Origin: Octopus vulgaris
Taxonomy: Eukaryota
Direction: 5' to 3'
Assembly (NCBI GenBank): GCA_951406725.2
Contig: OX597822.1
Span: 70,618,001 to 70,682,000 of the forward strand
DNA: 64,000 nucleotides
In this document: positions 12,401 through 24,775 of the stretch, piece by piece
Numbering within the stretch: the first letter of the stretch is position 1
Layout: every line of letters begins with the position of its first letter
Position numbers and translations under genes: made by a program
Notes under the pieces: generated by a model
Seen by the model: the letters and a program-made list of their open reading frames with translations, nothing else
The model's database searches: none
Told to the model about the DNA's origin: nothing

Positions 12401-14076
12401 GTGGCAAAGTTTATCCAAAAGGTCAACATTATTGATTTTGTTTCTTGATCAGAAAGATGCTGATTCTTACTGAAAAGTCTCTTTGACAGAAACACAAATC
12501 TTGATCTGGTTATTCCATGTCGTTTTCATTAACGATGCCATGTGGGTGCCAGTGTTGACTATATCGTTAAAATATAAATATATTTACTGACTTCCCTTTT
12601 ATCATTCCTGTCAGTAATAAACCAATGAAATTGTTATATATTGTCTGTGGTGGTGAATCATTAAGTACAACCTCGTAATTTATATACGATACAGAATGCA
12701 GTTTAGTGAGGCCAAATAACTTGAGAAGTTGTATTTGCATGGAGAATTTTTTAGGGAAAGAAAATCTATCATCGACTAATATATATTCATACCTTAATTG
12801 AACCTTCCTGGTATTGAATAAACAACACTGCCAATTTGTTCCATCCCAAATTTCTTTTCCTCTTATATATGGTTAGTTATTCATGAAGAATTGAATTGAT
12901 GAATTTTTATACCTATCCATTAAGTCTATTGAATGCAGCCAGTGTAAATAATCAATATTTAAGCCCTCTATTGATTAGTGGCTATAGAAGGTATGTAAAT
13001 GTTAGTCAATCGATTAGTCCTTTTTCGGAAATTAGTCTAGTCCTTTCTCAATGATGTAGTCTTTAGTGTCCAGTATAAAAGTGCAGCAGTAAATTCTCCA
13101 CAAACTGTATGCATAATTCCTGTTTTAATTCTTGATACAACATTTTTTATTTATTTATTATTGTTTTTTTTAATGTTGCTTTAATTTTATTCAAGAAAGC
13201 CATGAATATCATAACTTTCACATTATTTCCTTTATCTTTGACAACTCTTCTTTTATACTGTAAACTCTGACTTATTTCAAGTTTTGGAGAAAGAGTTAAC
13301 CTTTAATATATCAGCTCTAGTTTGCCTCTGTTTAAAAACTTTCAAGTTACACACTGTAAAAACTAAGAAATTGAGTTATTTTAGTTTTTAGTAAAAAGTG
13401 TTATTTTTTTAATTTTTTGTATTTTTAAAATAACTTTTTTATATTTTCTTCGTTACCATTTATTCTAGAATTAAATATAACATCAAGTTTATTAATTTAA
13501 CACCTCCCACCACCGGTAACTGATAACTTAAAAACTAACAGACACCTTCAGCACTCGCACATTTTGCCTCTTCTTTGACACCCTGTATTTTTCATCTTCC
13601 TGTATTCTGCATTTACTCTGGCAATTTCTGACTTCTTTTCTCCCATCTTAGCACTTTCCCTTTTAAATACAAACACACACATACACACACTCTCTCTCTC
13701 TCTTTCTCTTTTTTACTATCTCTGTTCCTTTCTTTCTCTCTTACACTCTCCATTCTCTCTTTCCCAGAATTTCCTTCTTTCTTTTATTCTGACTTCTATT
13801 CTCTCTCTCTCTTCCCCTTTCATAGCTTCCCTCAAATACGCTCACTCCACTCTCTATCACACACACACATGCACTATTCTCTCCTGCTTCTTTTGTGTTT
13901 GTGTTTGTTTGTTTGTGCACTCCTTTTTACCTCGCAGTTCAAAATAGCAAACGAAATAACACTAAATAGTGTGTAGCGATCTAACAACCACCACAACGAC
14001 GACAGCAGCAATAATGCAATACCATATTTAATGTGGAAATGTCAGAAGAGTAAATGTGACGTTCATTCTTTAGTAG

Positions 14077-14152
14077 AACGACAATCTGCTTGGGGCCAGT
14101 AGTGATCAGTTTAGTGCAGAAGTTAGATATAAGCCTCATATGAAGTTTATAC
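14077..14152 (+). CDS. Candidate exon: internal 76-nt exon (NDNLLGASSDQFSAEVRYKPHMKFI, phase 0 to 1) or first exon with ATG at 14140 (MKFI)
   Basis: Donor C|GTAAGG at 14153. Upstream ttcattctttagTAG NAGNAG acceptor. Frame open 14077-14152. Sits just downstream of a long CT-rich tract. Confidence 0.35.
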
Positions 14153-14320
14153 GTAAGGTAGAACCATTACTGTTTTATTAAGGGCTCAGTTATTCTTACA
14201 CTGGTAACAAATTGGGTTAACGGCTAATGTTTCAGTATTGTATTACACATCTGTATATCACAGTACAACCACAAACTCTACCATTGTTTCACTTAACCCT
14301 TTCCATACCAACCTGCTTAA

Positions 14321-14539
14321 CCCTTTAGTATTTAAACCGGCCATATCCGACGAAAATAGTTAATCTGTTTTATGTTCAAACTGACCGGATCCAGGCTCTC
14401 ACACCTACCCTACAATGTTATTCTACATTAAGTAATTACACCATCAAGCTCTTGAAGATATGAGATAATGCATGATTAATTCAAATAAATGGGAATCAAT
14501 AGGCATTATGCTTGATTGAATAATCTGAACACTAAAGGG
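14321..14539 (+). mobile_element. Second TTAA MITE family, nested in the first
   Basis: TTAA|CCCTTTAGT ... ACTAAAGGG|TTCA termini. The interior (ctctcacacctaccctac..tgt, tatgagata.tgcatgatt) matches 36100-36293. Confidence 0.75.
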
Positions 14540-14654
14540 TTCAGTGTTACAAATCAAATCCTGTGTTTTAAGATAGCTCTTAAGTAAAACCTTCCATCGG
14601 AATTTCATATTTATTTATGTTCCATGCACCAGCTTAGTAAGTTATCGTTTTTGC

Positions 14655-14995
14655 TCTGGCTTGTTTCAGGTATTGGACTGTAACCATGCTGGAGTTCTGC
14701 TTTAAGGAGTTTAGTAAAACAAAACAGGTTGACTGTCCTGTACTTATTACATATACAATTGGTCTGTTTTGCAAAACTGGTTGTTAAGCATTGGATGGGG
14801 TGGCAAGCATAAACACAAAGAGAGAGAAATAGACACACACACACACACACACACACATACAATGGGCTTTCTCATAAGACATTGGTCAGTGTGAAACCAT
14901 GGTAGGAGATACTTGCCCAAGGTGCAAGGGGACCAAACTCAAAACTACACGGCTGCAAAGCAAGTTTTTTAATTACACTGCCATGCTTTCACCTA
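14655..14995 (-). mobile_element. Degenerate SINE family A
   Basis: Reverse copy: cttgtttcag...ccatgctggag, internal (CA)n, acttgcccaaggtgc. Confidence 0.75.
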
Positions 14996-15015
14996 TTTTA
15001 ATAATTTCTTTGTTG

Positions 15016-15230
15016 AAGGTGGCAAGCTGGCAGAAACGTTAGCATGTCGGGCGAAATGCTTAGCAGTATTTTGTCTGCCGTTACATTCTTAGTTCAAATT
15101 CTGCTGAGGCCGACTTTGCCTTTCATCCTTTCAGGGTCGATAAATTAAATACCAGTTGTGTACTGGGGGTCATTCTAATCGACTGGTCCCCTCGCCTAAA
15201 ATTTTGGGCCTTGTGCCTAGTATAGAAAAG
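15016..15230 (+). mobile_element. tRNA-derived SINE family B, full length
   Basis: Head gctggcagaaacgttagc, B-box-like agttcaaatt, and a perfect 16-bp TSD aataatttctttgttg (15000-15015 / 15231-15246). Confidence 0.92.
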
Positions 15231-16162
15231 AATAATTTCTTTGTTGTTTAACTGAAGCAAAATCAGTGCATTTCAGCAGAAACATGGTGATGAAAGAATG
15301 AAATTGTGTCTCTGTTTATCTGTAATGGTTTTTGTGTCTATGTTGTAATACTTTGTGTGTGTGACAGTATCTGTTTGATGTCTTTGTCATTTCACTTTTA
15401 GGCAGTTGGTGTGAGAAAGAGCATCAGTAGTGGGTCCATTTAACCCATGTTAACATGGCCAATTATTGTATTGGAGAACATTAAGACCAAATAGCTGGAT
15501 ATTAAGTATGATAGATTTGAAGTAACGTGACACAGATGTCTATTTTCTTACCAAGACTTAAATTTTTCAACTGTGTTTTTGTCTTACGATTCAATCACCC
15601 AACTACATATTATATCAGGCACTTCACAGAGCAATAAATGTAACATTCGTGTAAATATACGTTGTTGATATGAATCCAATATTATCACAAGTTATTGCTG
15701 TTCACTTGTCTCGTCTTCCTCCTTTTATCTTCAGTGAAAATATTGAATTAAATCCAAATACAGATTGCTTCCGCCATCATAGAAATTGCTTTTTATGAGC
15801 GTCTTTTAAAAGCAGCTTCTACTATCATAAGTTTTACAATATATTTTTCATCAAATTATTTATGCAGACAAATTTAAAATTCATACCTTCTCTTCTCATT
15901 TCTTGCTTAGGTACAGATTTCTCCAAACTAGTACCATTATTATATTTGTACAACAACACATAATATTTAACAGTTTAAGATCACTTAACGTAACCTAATT
16001 TCAGACATTTTCCTTATCTTTCCTAGTCATGATTTGATTAAAGATGAAAGACATAATTTTAGAGGATTTAGAGAGCCTTTTGTATTTTGTTCCTTGAACT
16101 CTAAAATGCTGAGTAAATTGAGTAATTTTCTTTGCTTTTACTGTATTACGTGCATTATTGAA

Positions 16163-16202
16163 ATGGAACCAATTGTTGTGTTCAGCACTGCAGAGAAGAA
16201 TG
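16163..16202 (+). CDS. Candidate alternative first coding exon (MEPIVVFSTAEKN, ends phase 1)
   Basis: aaATGG start context, 13 codons + G, donor G|GTAAAG at 16203, about 820 nt upstream of the 8-nt microexon. Confidence 0.3.
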
Positions 16203-17025
16203 GTAAAGTGTTAAATATTGCACTTACCTTGTTAGTTGCTTTCGGCTGCTTAGCAAATTATATTTCGTTATCTTGTGATGTCTGTTTGGTGTGAAATCAC
16301 TTTCTACCAACGATCAAGCTATAGACTGCTAAGTTTTCCTTAAATCCACTAAATGATGAAGAGAATATATCAAATTTGTGTCAAACCTCTTTCTTCCTCT
16401 TTTCTTCTTTTATATTTCCCCTCACTCCGTCCCCACCCTCTCTCCTTCACTTTCATATCCTTAGTTTGTTCCTGTTATTTTCACATCAAGTGTTTGATAG
16501 CTTGATGGGGTTTTGGTATTTCGATACTTTAGTTCTCAATTAAAGAACAATAATCACAGAAAGTCTGCAAAAAGATTAAATCTGTTTGCTGAATTCTGTC
16601 TAGTTGGTGTTTATAGTTAACAGGTAGGAACTGTTTGTATTTTACGAGTTGTCAATTTTAACGGCACTCATTTCGTATATCTACAGATCTTTTCAGAAGA
16701 ACAGTCGAGGATTAACCAATTAACTTTGTAGATAATAATTAGCAAAGATTCTTGCATGTATCTTTGGAATTGAAATAGTTTTCCCATTCTTTTCTTGATG
16801 TTAAGAACACATCACAAAGTATTGTTATTGTTACCATAACAAATCCCATTTGGCGTTGCCCAGTGCTTATTGATTGATGCTGCAGGAACATTGCCTTTTA
16901 CTTTATCATTGTAGATTAGTGGAGTCAATGGAGATAATTTGGCTGTTTCAGTTTTTTTTTTTATTGCTCTCTCTCTCTCTCTCTCTTTTCTCTCCTCTGT
17001 GTCTCTCTGTCTCTCTACTTCACAG

Positions 17026-17033
17026 CTTTACTG
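17026..17033 (+). CDS. 8-nt microexon CTTTACTG
   Basis: ~70-nt polypyrimidine tract ending cttcacAG, followed 8 nt later by the consensus donor CTG|GTAAGT. Confidence 0.55.
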
Positions 17034-17975
17034 GTAAGTCGATTCAAAAGAAAATTAGAAAATCTTCGGCTGTTCTCTTCGGTGTGATTAAATTGTCTTC
17101 AATCTTATAACTAATTCTCTACTTCTCTCCCTCTCTCTCTCCCCCCTCTCTCTCTCTGATTCTCTTTCATTCTACCTGTTTGCTGTGTGACTTTAATGTG
17201 ACAGGTGGAAAAGGTGAAAAGCAATTGAGTATTTTGCTTGCCACTTTAAACTGGCACATATCATGCAATGAGGGTGTAATTCTGCAGGCACCTCTAGTCA
17301 TTAGTGGAGCCATGAAAATAGATGGAGAAGTGGGTTGGTAGGTGGAAAGTTTGTGAAGTATTCACATATTTTGTGTCAAAGCTCATTTTGCAGCATGGAT
17401 TTGGGGTGGTCAGTGGGGGAGGGCTTTTCTTTTATTTTTCTATGGTAGCATGGGTTGCGTGCGTCTACAAATTCAGGTGGTTTTGTGTTTATTTCAAAGC
17501 CATTCTCTTTCTTTTATATATAGTTTGTAAACTTTTTTTCTTCAACTGTGTGGATTACTATCATTTTTTTTTGTTTTTGTTTTGTTTTACTTTTGCAAAC
17601 TTAAGACAATTAGAGTAAAGTGACCTAGTTAAGCATATAATATCAAGCCATGCCAAAGAAATAGTCTGAATTTATGAGTATGCTTGACTAGGCAGGAAGC
17701 ATTTCTGATAAGAATACTAATGAGGAGGAATAAAAATGAAGACAAATTTTGAGAAATACAGAGTTTCTAAAACTTTACCTTTTTCTCACATCAACCAATC
17801 AATGCAGAGGATGCTTGAAGTTGAGTTGGTGTCACAGTTCTCTAGAATTTTGAATGGCTTTAAATGCCTTAAGTGATACCAGGAGCAAGAATCTCTCTAT
17901 TGGCACCTCTGTATCTTTGTAGCATTGTAAACATAATTTCCTCTTGTGTATTGTGTTTATTTATTATTATTATCA

Positions 17976-18013
<38 letters not shown>

Positions 18014-19691
18014 TCTGCTCTATTTTTAAAATAAAATATTAGCCATTGGAGTAGAATAGAAGGCAGTTGTATTCAACCGAGTCTTTCGAAACAATTTGAA
18101 ACAAATCCCAAAGTGGCACAAACAAATTTAACATTGATTTTAATAAAAATCTGACATTGTTTCTTAACCACTACATAAGGTGGTGGCTTTATTTAGAATT
18201 CTATTTAAGTATTCCATTTTCTTTTCCTATTAGGAATTTGAGAATATGCAAATTGCTTTTCTTTTTAAATTTATAGTTTTGCATTCATATTTTCCATACA
18301 GAATATTATATTTCTCTGCATATGTGATTGTCTGTATTTTCATTCGTATTTGTATATGTGTGTATATAGTTATTTACACTGTATTTATATCGAGCCTCTC
18401 TCACTCTCTCTCTCTTTTTCTCTCTCTCTCTCATCATACTGTTGTCAACTCAACATGGAAGCCTTAGTTTGTAGTTGAAGAATTCATTTTGTTGTTTTTC
18501 GTTACTGTTGTTATTATTGTAACTGTGCCCATCCAAATAACACCTGATGTTTGGTTTATCTGACATTACAAATGACTGAAGTCTCTTTCACTCCAGCATT
18601 ACAGTCCACTCCATGTCACCTGTCAGCTCCACTATTAACAAATGACACACTTATTGGACTTCAGCCCTTTTATGATTTCAACAGATCTTTTACAAACTAC
18701 TTAAGCAAATCGCTGCAAGCCAGTGATGATGGTGATGCTGGCACAAGAGTGGTGCTCATCCATCTCACCTCATTAAAGGAGGTTGTAACTTTTCTTTGGC
18801 AATGCTACCTACAGGGTTGTGTTTGGTTGAGTTTCCAGCTTTCGATTTATATATCCTTACCCCATTATTCCGTACATAATATATTTGATGTTTATAACCA
18901 CAATTTCCTGCTTGGCATTATTTATGCTTTTATATCCAACTTGGTAATGCTGTTTGAGGCAATAGTTTTGATGAGATCAACCTCTGCCTCCCATCTCTCT
19001 CTCTCTGTCTCTCTCTCTCTCTCTCTCTTCCCACTAATCCTTATAATATACTCAGCTTCCATTTATAAATTTACAACCTGGCTTTTACATTTACTCCCAT
19101 CCTGATCAGTAAAGTTTACCATTGAAAACCCAGTAAGCAAATATACAAACAAACTCAATAATAAAGTCAACCATCACAACAGCAACCACCACCACCACTA
19201 CCACCACCACACTCAATGACATAAAATTCACAGCGTATATTTTTCTTATGGTTTCTTTTATTTTGAGCTGGCTTTGTAGAATCAGGATAGAAATTAGTGT
19301 TAAGTATTAGAGAAAATAATATTAGTTTCAGAGAAGAAAATTTTAATTGTTAATTTAATAATTTCTGTCGTTCATTCGCCACCCACCCCTCTTGCTCTTC
19401 CCCACCTCCCACCTCACTATCCTTAGTAGTATCATAAGTGGTGGCAGTGGCAGTGGTGGTGGTGAATGTGGCTGATCTGATAACTGGGTTTAGTTGTTTC
19501 TAAGTAATTGGATTAACATCTTCATACCATATCTAATTACCACTCTCTGTGTTCTCTATCAGTGAGTCATTGAGAGTAAGAGAAATCTTTCTTTTTCCCT
19601 GTCTCTCTCTTTTTCTCTCTTTTTCCATCATTCTACACATACATACATGCATATATGTATTGATCTGTGGAGATGCATGTATGTATGTATA

Positions 19692-19730
<39 letters not shown>

Positions 19731-20093
19731 GCACTCATGCACATGTACATTGCACACAAACGATTTTTGCATTTGTATGCTTTTGTTATTTTTTGCATAA
19801 AACATAACTGTTTTCAATGCAGATTTGTGGTGGAAGTTCGTAGAGTTGGCTAAACACTCTGAGACAGAGGGGGGAAAAAAAGCAAAGAAAAGCAGAAAAA
19901 ATAGTGATAGGATGCCTGCTCAATATTACTGGTTTCATATGCTTCTTAAATATGGCTATGATCTTTGGTGATACAGCAGTATATGGAATATCTCTTTCTA
20001 CATTTCAACAATTTCTACGCTTGATTTTTCTTTTTGCATTTCATTCCTTATGAGTTTCTAGAATAAGTACTCGTGATATTTTTTCCGTAAATT

Positions 20094-20163
20094 AAGGTGG
20101 TGATCTGGCTGAATTGCTAGCACCTGGGCAAAATGCTTAGCGGCATTTCATCCATCTTTACGT
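20094..20163 (+). mobile_element. SINE family B 5' fragment, followed by a reverse RTE tail remnant (20165-20207)
   Basis: aaggtggtgatctggctgaa...gggcaaaatgcttagcggcatttc, then (cat)n. Confidence 0.7.
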
Positions 20164-20215
20164 TCATCATCATCATCATCATATGTCTGTTTTCCATTCC
20201 GGCATGGCTTAGATC

Positions 20216-20300
20216 AGTGGTTCCCAAAGTGGGCAGTAACTTCCTCCTTAGGGGCAGTGGAAAGATCCAGGGTGTGTTGAAGGAACGTGGGATGATAATG
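20216..20300 (+). mobile_element. hAT (Charlie-like) MITE end
   Basis: CAGTGGTTCCCAAAGTGGG terminus preceded by a TAGA-containing target. The opposite end was not found. Confidence 0.45.
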
Positions 20301-20385
20301 AGGTGGTCAAAATTGGTGTGATAAATGTAAATATATATATATATATAGGTTAATTAGGTTTAAGTTTTATTTGTAAAATACAGTT

Positions 20386-20531
20386 GTAGCTGGCTTACGA
20401 ACCACATGGTTCCGGGTTCAGTACCACTGCGTGGCACCTTGTGCAAGTGTCTTCTACTATAGCCTCAGGCCGACCAAAGCCTTGTGAGGGTATTTGGTTG
20501 ATGGAAACTGAAAAGAAGCCCGTTGTATATA

Positions 20532-20572
<41 letters not shown>

Positions 20573-20807
20573 ATATATATGTATGTGTATATTGTTTGTG
20601 TCTCTGTGTTTGTCCCATCCCCCAACATTGCTTGACAACTGAAGCTGGTGTGTTTACATTCCCATATCTTAGCGGTTTGGCAAAAGAGACCGATAGAATA
20701 AATACTAGGTTTACAAAGAATAAGTCCTGGGGTCAATTTGCTCAACTAAAGGTGGTGCTCCAGCATGGCCACAGTCACATGACTGAAACAAGTAAAAGAG
20801 TAAAGAG
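20386..20807 (+). mobile_element. tRNA-derived SINE family A (~400 bp, internal TA/TG microsatellite)
   Basis: ggttccgggttcagt B-box region, CORE-like ggcaccttg.gcaagtgtctt block, 3' end gactgaaacaagtaaaagagtaaa. Probably one of the described octopus OK/OR SINEs; exact family not verified. Confidence 0.9.
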
Positions 20808-20845
20808 ATTTGTTTTGAATTTGCTGCAGAAAGTGGTCTATATTT

Positions 20846-21107
20846 GTGTTCTGCTTGAGAAGAAGACTAGTGAAGCCGAGCAAAATCAGAGTCATGACGG
20901 ATACCAGTCTCACGCAAATGGCACCCATACCGGTGGCACGTAAAAGCACCCATTAAACTCTTGGAGTGGTTGGCGTTAGGAAGGACATCCAGCTGTAGAA
21001 AACCACGCCAAATCAGACTGGAGCCTGGTGCAGACTTCCAGTGTGCCAGCCTAGTCAAACCGTCCAACCCATGCCAGCATTGACAACAGACATTACATGA
21101 TGATGAT
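20846..21107 (+). mobile_element. RTE LINE 3' end fragment
   Basis: gcttgagaagaagac, ggtggcacgtaaaagcaccc, aggaaggacatccagctgtagaaa and a gat tail. Confidence 0.8.
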
Positions 21108-21251
21108 TTCATGGATGTGGCATGCATGATTGCCCCAACTGTTACATCTCCTTCTTAGAAGTTTGAGAAAGCTCCCTCTTTCACAAAAATAAAAAAAAAA
21201 AGGAGGAAGAAAATAGACACAGAAAATCAAAGTAGTATTGTCTTTTACACT

Positions 21252-21460
21252 GGTGGTGTGTTGGCAGAATCATTAAAGCATTGGAAAACTGCTTTGCAGT
21301 ATTTGTTCTGACTCTTTACATTCTGAGTTCAAATCCCTCTGAGGTTAACTTTAACTTTTCTTTCTTCTGGGGTTTGATAGTACATGTCAAGTACTAGGTG
21401 ATGTAAGTGACTAACCCCACTCCCCCAAATTTTAGGCTGTATGTCTGTATTTGAAACTAT
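21252..21460 (+). mobile_element. Degenerate SINE family B
   Basis: ttggcagaatcatta, ttctgagttcaaatcc and ccccaaatttt blocks. Confidence 0.7.
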
Positions 21461-21878
21461 AGTAAATCTTACAGCTTGATGATACGGCTCAATCACAAAA
21501 GCTGAATTGGAAATCACTTTACATTCGTTTTTCATATTTCCAGAACAAGACACGACTGAATAGGAAAAGAAAAGAAGCTGGAGGGGGAGGGAGGTTTGAT
21601 GGTTATGTATTTTTTTGTTTACATATATGCAGAAACAGTCATGCCTTGTTGGTTTTTTTTCTTTTTTTTTTTTTCAAAAGAAGATTCTCCTTCACATCTT
21701 CCCCAACTCCTTAAAAAATAGTGAATATCAAATAGAACACTTGTGTTTTTATCTACTCTACATTATTTTTTATTCTTATTTCATTCTTTGCACTACCTAA
21801 TATTTATCATAGCATAGATAAAACCTGAAATGAATTGTTTCTTTCAAAGAGAAAACATACACACACTCATTTACATAC

Positions 21879-21914
<36 letters not shown>

Positions 21915-22694
21915 ACCCAAGTATCGACATTAAAGCAATATGAATTAAACACCTAGTCTTGTTCTTTAAACCTGTATCTCTTTTCAATTCCAAGCCTAAA
22001 CACTCTTTTCAACTTAATTAACCTAATTTAATGAGTAACGAACTTCAATCAATTAAATTTCATCTTTTTCACTGTAATCTTCTAGTGGATTTGAAGTACA
22101 ATTTTTTTTCTTTCCATGAAAAATTTCATATTTATGTATGTATGTTATGTTATGTATGTTTGTATGTGTGTGTGTGTGCATGTACACATACATATATATA
22201 TATGTGTGTATATACATACATGCATGTATGTGTGTATTCATACTGCTTTTTATTACTTTTATTTTTAAGTAAATTAATGCTTACTTGATTTCTTGATTTT
22301 AAACTGTAGAAGGTTTGCGTATTGATACTAAAGGAAGGAGATATGTTTAAAAACAAATTCATTTTTATCTTTTACTGCTTCTGTCTTAATGTAAGAGCTG
22401 GTTCTAACTTACGTAGTATTGGATAAAACAGTGGGTAGTGAGATGGAAGAAATAGTGGAGGTCTAAATGAAAAAGCTTTGTTGTATTTTGTGTTCAATGC
22501 TGCTGGGGGTTGATAAAGTAAGTACCATCCACATACAGAAATCAATACACTTGACTGTAATTCACATACTGTAACCCTTCCCCCTTCTTTTCAAAATTGC
22601 GGCCTTGTACCAAAGTAAGAAATCAATATTAGTGAAATTAACTTTGGTTTTTACTAGCTAGATAAGCGATCTTTCAAAGAGGATGTTGCTGTCT

Positions 22695-22932
22695 TAGCTC
22701 TTTTATGAGCATATTGTCTCGTAAAATAATCAACAATTTGGAAGGATTTAAGCAAAATAACTGAACTTCCTTGTTGTTATTAAGCCGGTGTGTGGAACAT
22801 AACTTAACAAAAAGGTTCTTTTCATAAAATTACGATAGAAAGCTTAAACTTAACTACAAACACATCAAAACAGCCGGTTTTGTTTCACTGAACTGGGGGA
22901 GGTCTCGCGTGGATTGTTATCAAAAGAGTTAA
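22695..22932 (-). mobile_element. Degenerate TTAA MITE (family of 54407-54605)
   Basis: Ends tatcaaaagagTTAA. Interior ggtgtgtggaacataa matches 38980-38995. Confidence 0.5.
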
Positions 22933-24150
22933 TAGAGCTTTTGTTAGTTTTCTATAACCTTAAACACGCATTATTTGTTCATTTATTCATTTAGTTATTT
23001 TTCTTTGTTTTTGTGAGGTTTTCTCTTCAAGCTCCCTGTGCTGAAGATAATGAGTTTTCAATCTGGTGTATTGTTATGTCGATCTATTGTCTTACCAGCA
23101 CTAGAATTGCTGCCCATCCACACAATACTAACTACCTATACTGCAAAACTTCATGTTTTCACTACAAAATTCTCATCTATTAGTTTCCTGTGAATGATCT
23201 TTGTTAACTTAACATCATTCAGTCATTAAAACTTTCATCAGCATTTCCAACCCGAAATTGAATTTAGATCCGGTGTGAAGGAGAAGGAGAAATCCTATGC
23301 TGGCATTATTATTTTTAAGACTTTTTTTCCCTCCATGAAAGGTATTGTGTTTGTTTCATTTTCACAGATATTGTTTTGTGAATATATTATGTTAGTTACA
23401 AAGTTGTTAAAGTGATTTTTTTTTTTTTTTTTAGTTAGTCAAGTAATGTATGCTATAGTAGAATAGACATCTTCAACTTTTGATGATATTCATTTTGTTG
23501 TTGTTGTTGTTGTTGCATTTCAAATATTAATCAATTAGACTTCTACTGTATCAACATCTCACAAGTCTTGATACTAAATATCAATTTTCTTTGTGGAAAT
23601 TCATGCCATGAAACTAAATGGTTTTGTACTTTAATGTGCTGAGCTGGTAACTAGGCTGTCATGAGTTGAAACCTTACTACAAAAAAAGATGTTGTTGCAA
23701 GATAAAGTATTTTCTAATTACTTCAGTCAATGCTGAATGCTAACAGGAGACAATAGGCATAAAAAAAACAAAAATTGAAAAATAGTATATCATGGACCAT
23801 TACATTTGCTTTTATTTTTGTTCTTGGATTCTTAGATTATTCTCACATTTGATAATGTCTGTAGTTAAGAATTGGTGTTTAGAATAGTTTGAAAATTAGC
23901 TAGATCTATGAATTATTATTTATTGGATACTATAAAACTTGGCTGAGTATCACAAAATTTACATCTTTTGAAAGCATCATTTGTGTCTTGATTGCTGACA
24001 TTTTGATCAGTATATCCACAATGTCATGATACTTTGTTTTTTTTTATACTAAAATTCTTGAGAAAGTCACATGAGTAACAACGCTTTAACCTGCCCAGCT
24101 TATAAATCAAAGGCTTTATGCTAGATTTTGGCATCATGATTTAGGTATAC

Positions 24151-24360
24151 AAAGGTGGTGAGCTGCCAAAGTCATTAGCATGTCAAATGAAATACTTAGC
24201 AGCATTTCTTTTAGCTCTGAGTTCAAATCCCACCAAAGTCAACTTTGCCTTACTTTCTTTTGGGGGGTTGATAAAATAAGCACCAGTTGAGTACTGGGGT
24301 CAATATAATCAACTTACCCTTCCCCCAAAATTGTTGGCATTGTACCAAAATTTGCAAGAA
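24151..24360 (+). mobile_element. SINE family B
   Basis: aaggtggtgagctg head, ctgagttcaaatcc, gtactggggtcaat. Confidence 0.85.
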
Positions 24361-24378
24361 TCAGGTAGTTATACATGT

Positions 24379-24775
24379 AGGTGCAGGAATGGCTGTGTGG
24401 TAAGAAGCTTCCTTCCCAACCACAAGGTTCTGGTTTCAGTCCCACTGTGTGGCACCTTGGGCAAGTGTCTTCTACTATGGCTTTGGGCCGACCAAAGCCT
24501 TGCAAGTGGATTTGGTAGATATAAACTGAAAGAAGCCTGTCTTAAGTATGTATGTATGTATTTGTTATTTGTTATTTGTTTCAGTGTTTGTTCCCCCACC
24601 ATCACTTGACAACCGATGCTGGTATGTTTATGTCACCATCACTTAGTGGGTCAGCAAAAAGAGACCAACAGAATAACTACTAGGCTTTCAAAGAATAAGT
24701 CTTGGGGTTGATTTGTTTGACTAAAGGTGGTGATCCAGCATGGCCACAGTCAAATGACTGAAACAAGTAAAAGAA
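24379..24775 (+). mobile_element. SINE family A, full length
   Basis: ggtgcaggaatggctgtgtggtaag head through gactgaaacaagtaaaaga. Confidence 0.9.

Larger units (their letters stand above)
14297..15298 (+). mobile_element. TTAA-flanked (piggyBac-type) MITE split by three nested insertions
   Basis: Starts TTAA|CCCTTTCCATACCAACC. Its pieces (14545-14645, 15247-15298) match the uninterrupted copy at 54407-54605 and reverse copies at 22695-22932 and 38876-39098. Confidence 0.6.

Noticed and set aside
12899-12990. 30-codon ATG frame ending at AAG|GTATGT (phase 2); likewise MNRHDCVVR at 33828-33858
   Set aside because: No independent support, and the phase does not fit the main chain. Kept as counter-examples showing that such segments can arise by chance.
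18551-19105. Longest non-repeat ORF (184 aa)
   Set aside because: TTG start, runs through a (CT)n tract, no recognisable domain or convincing splice boundaries.
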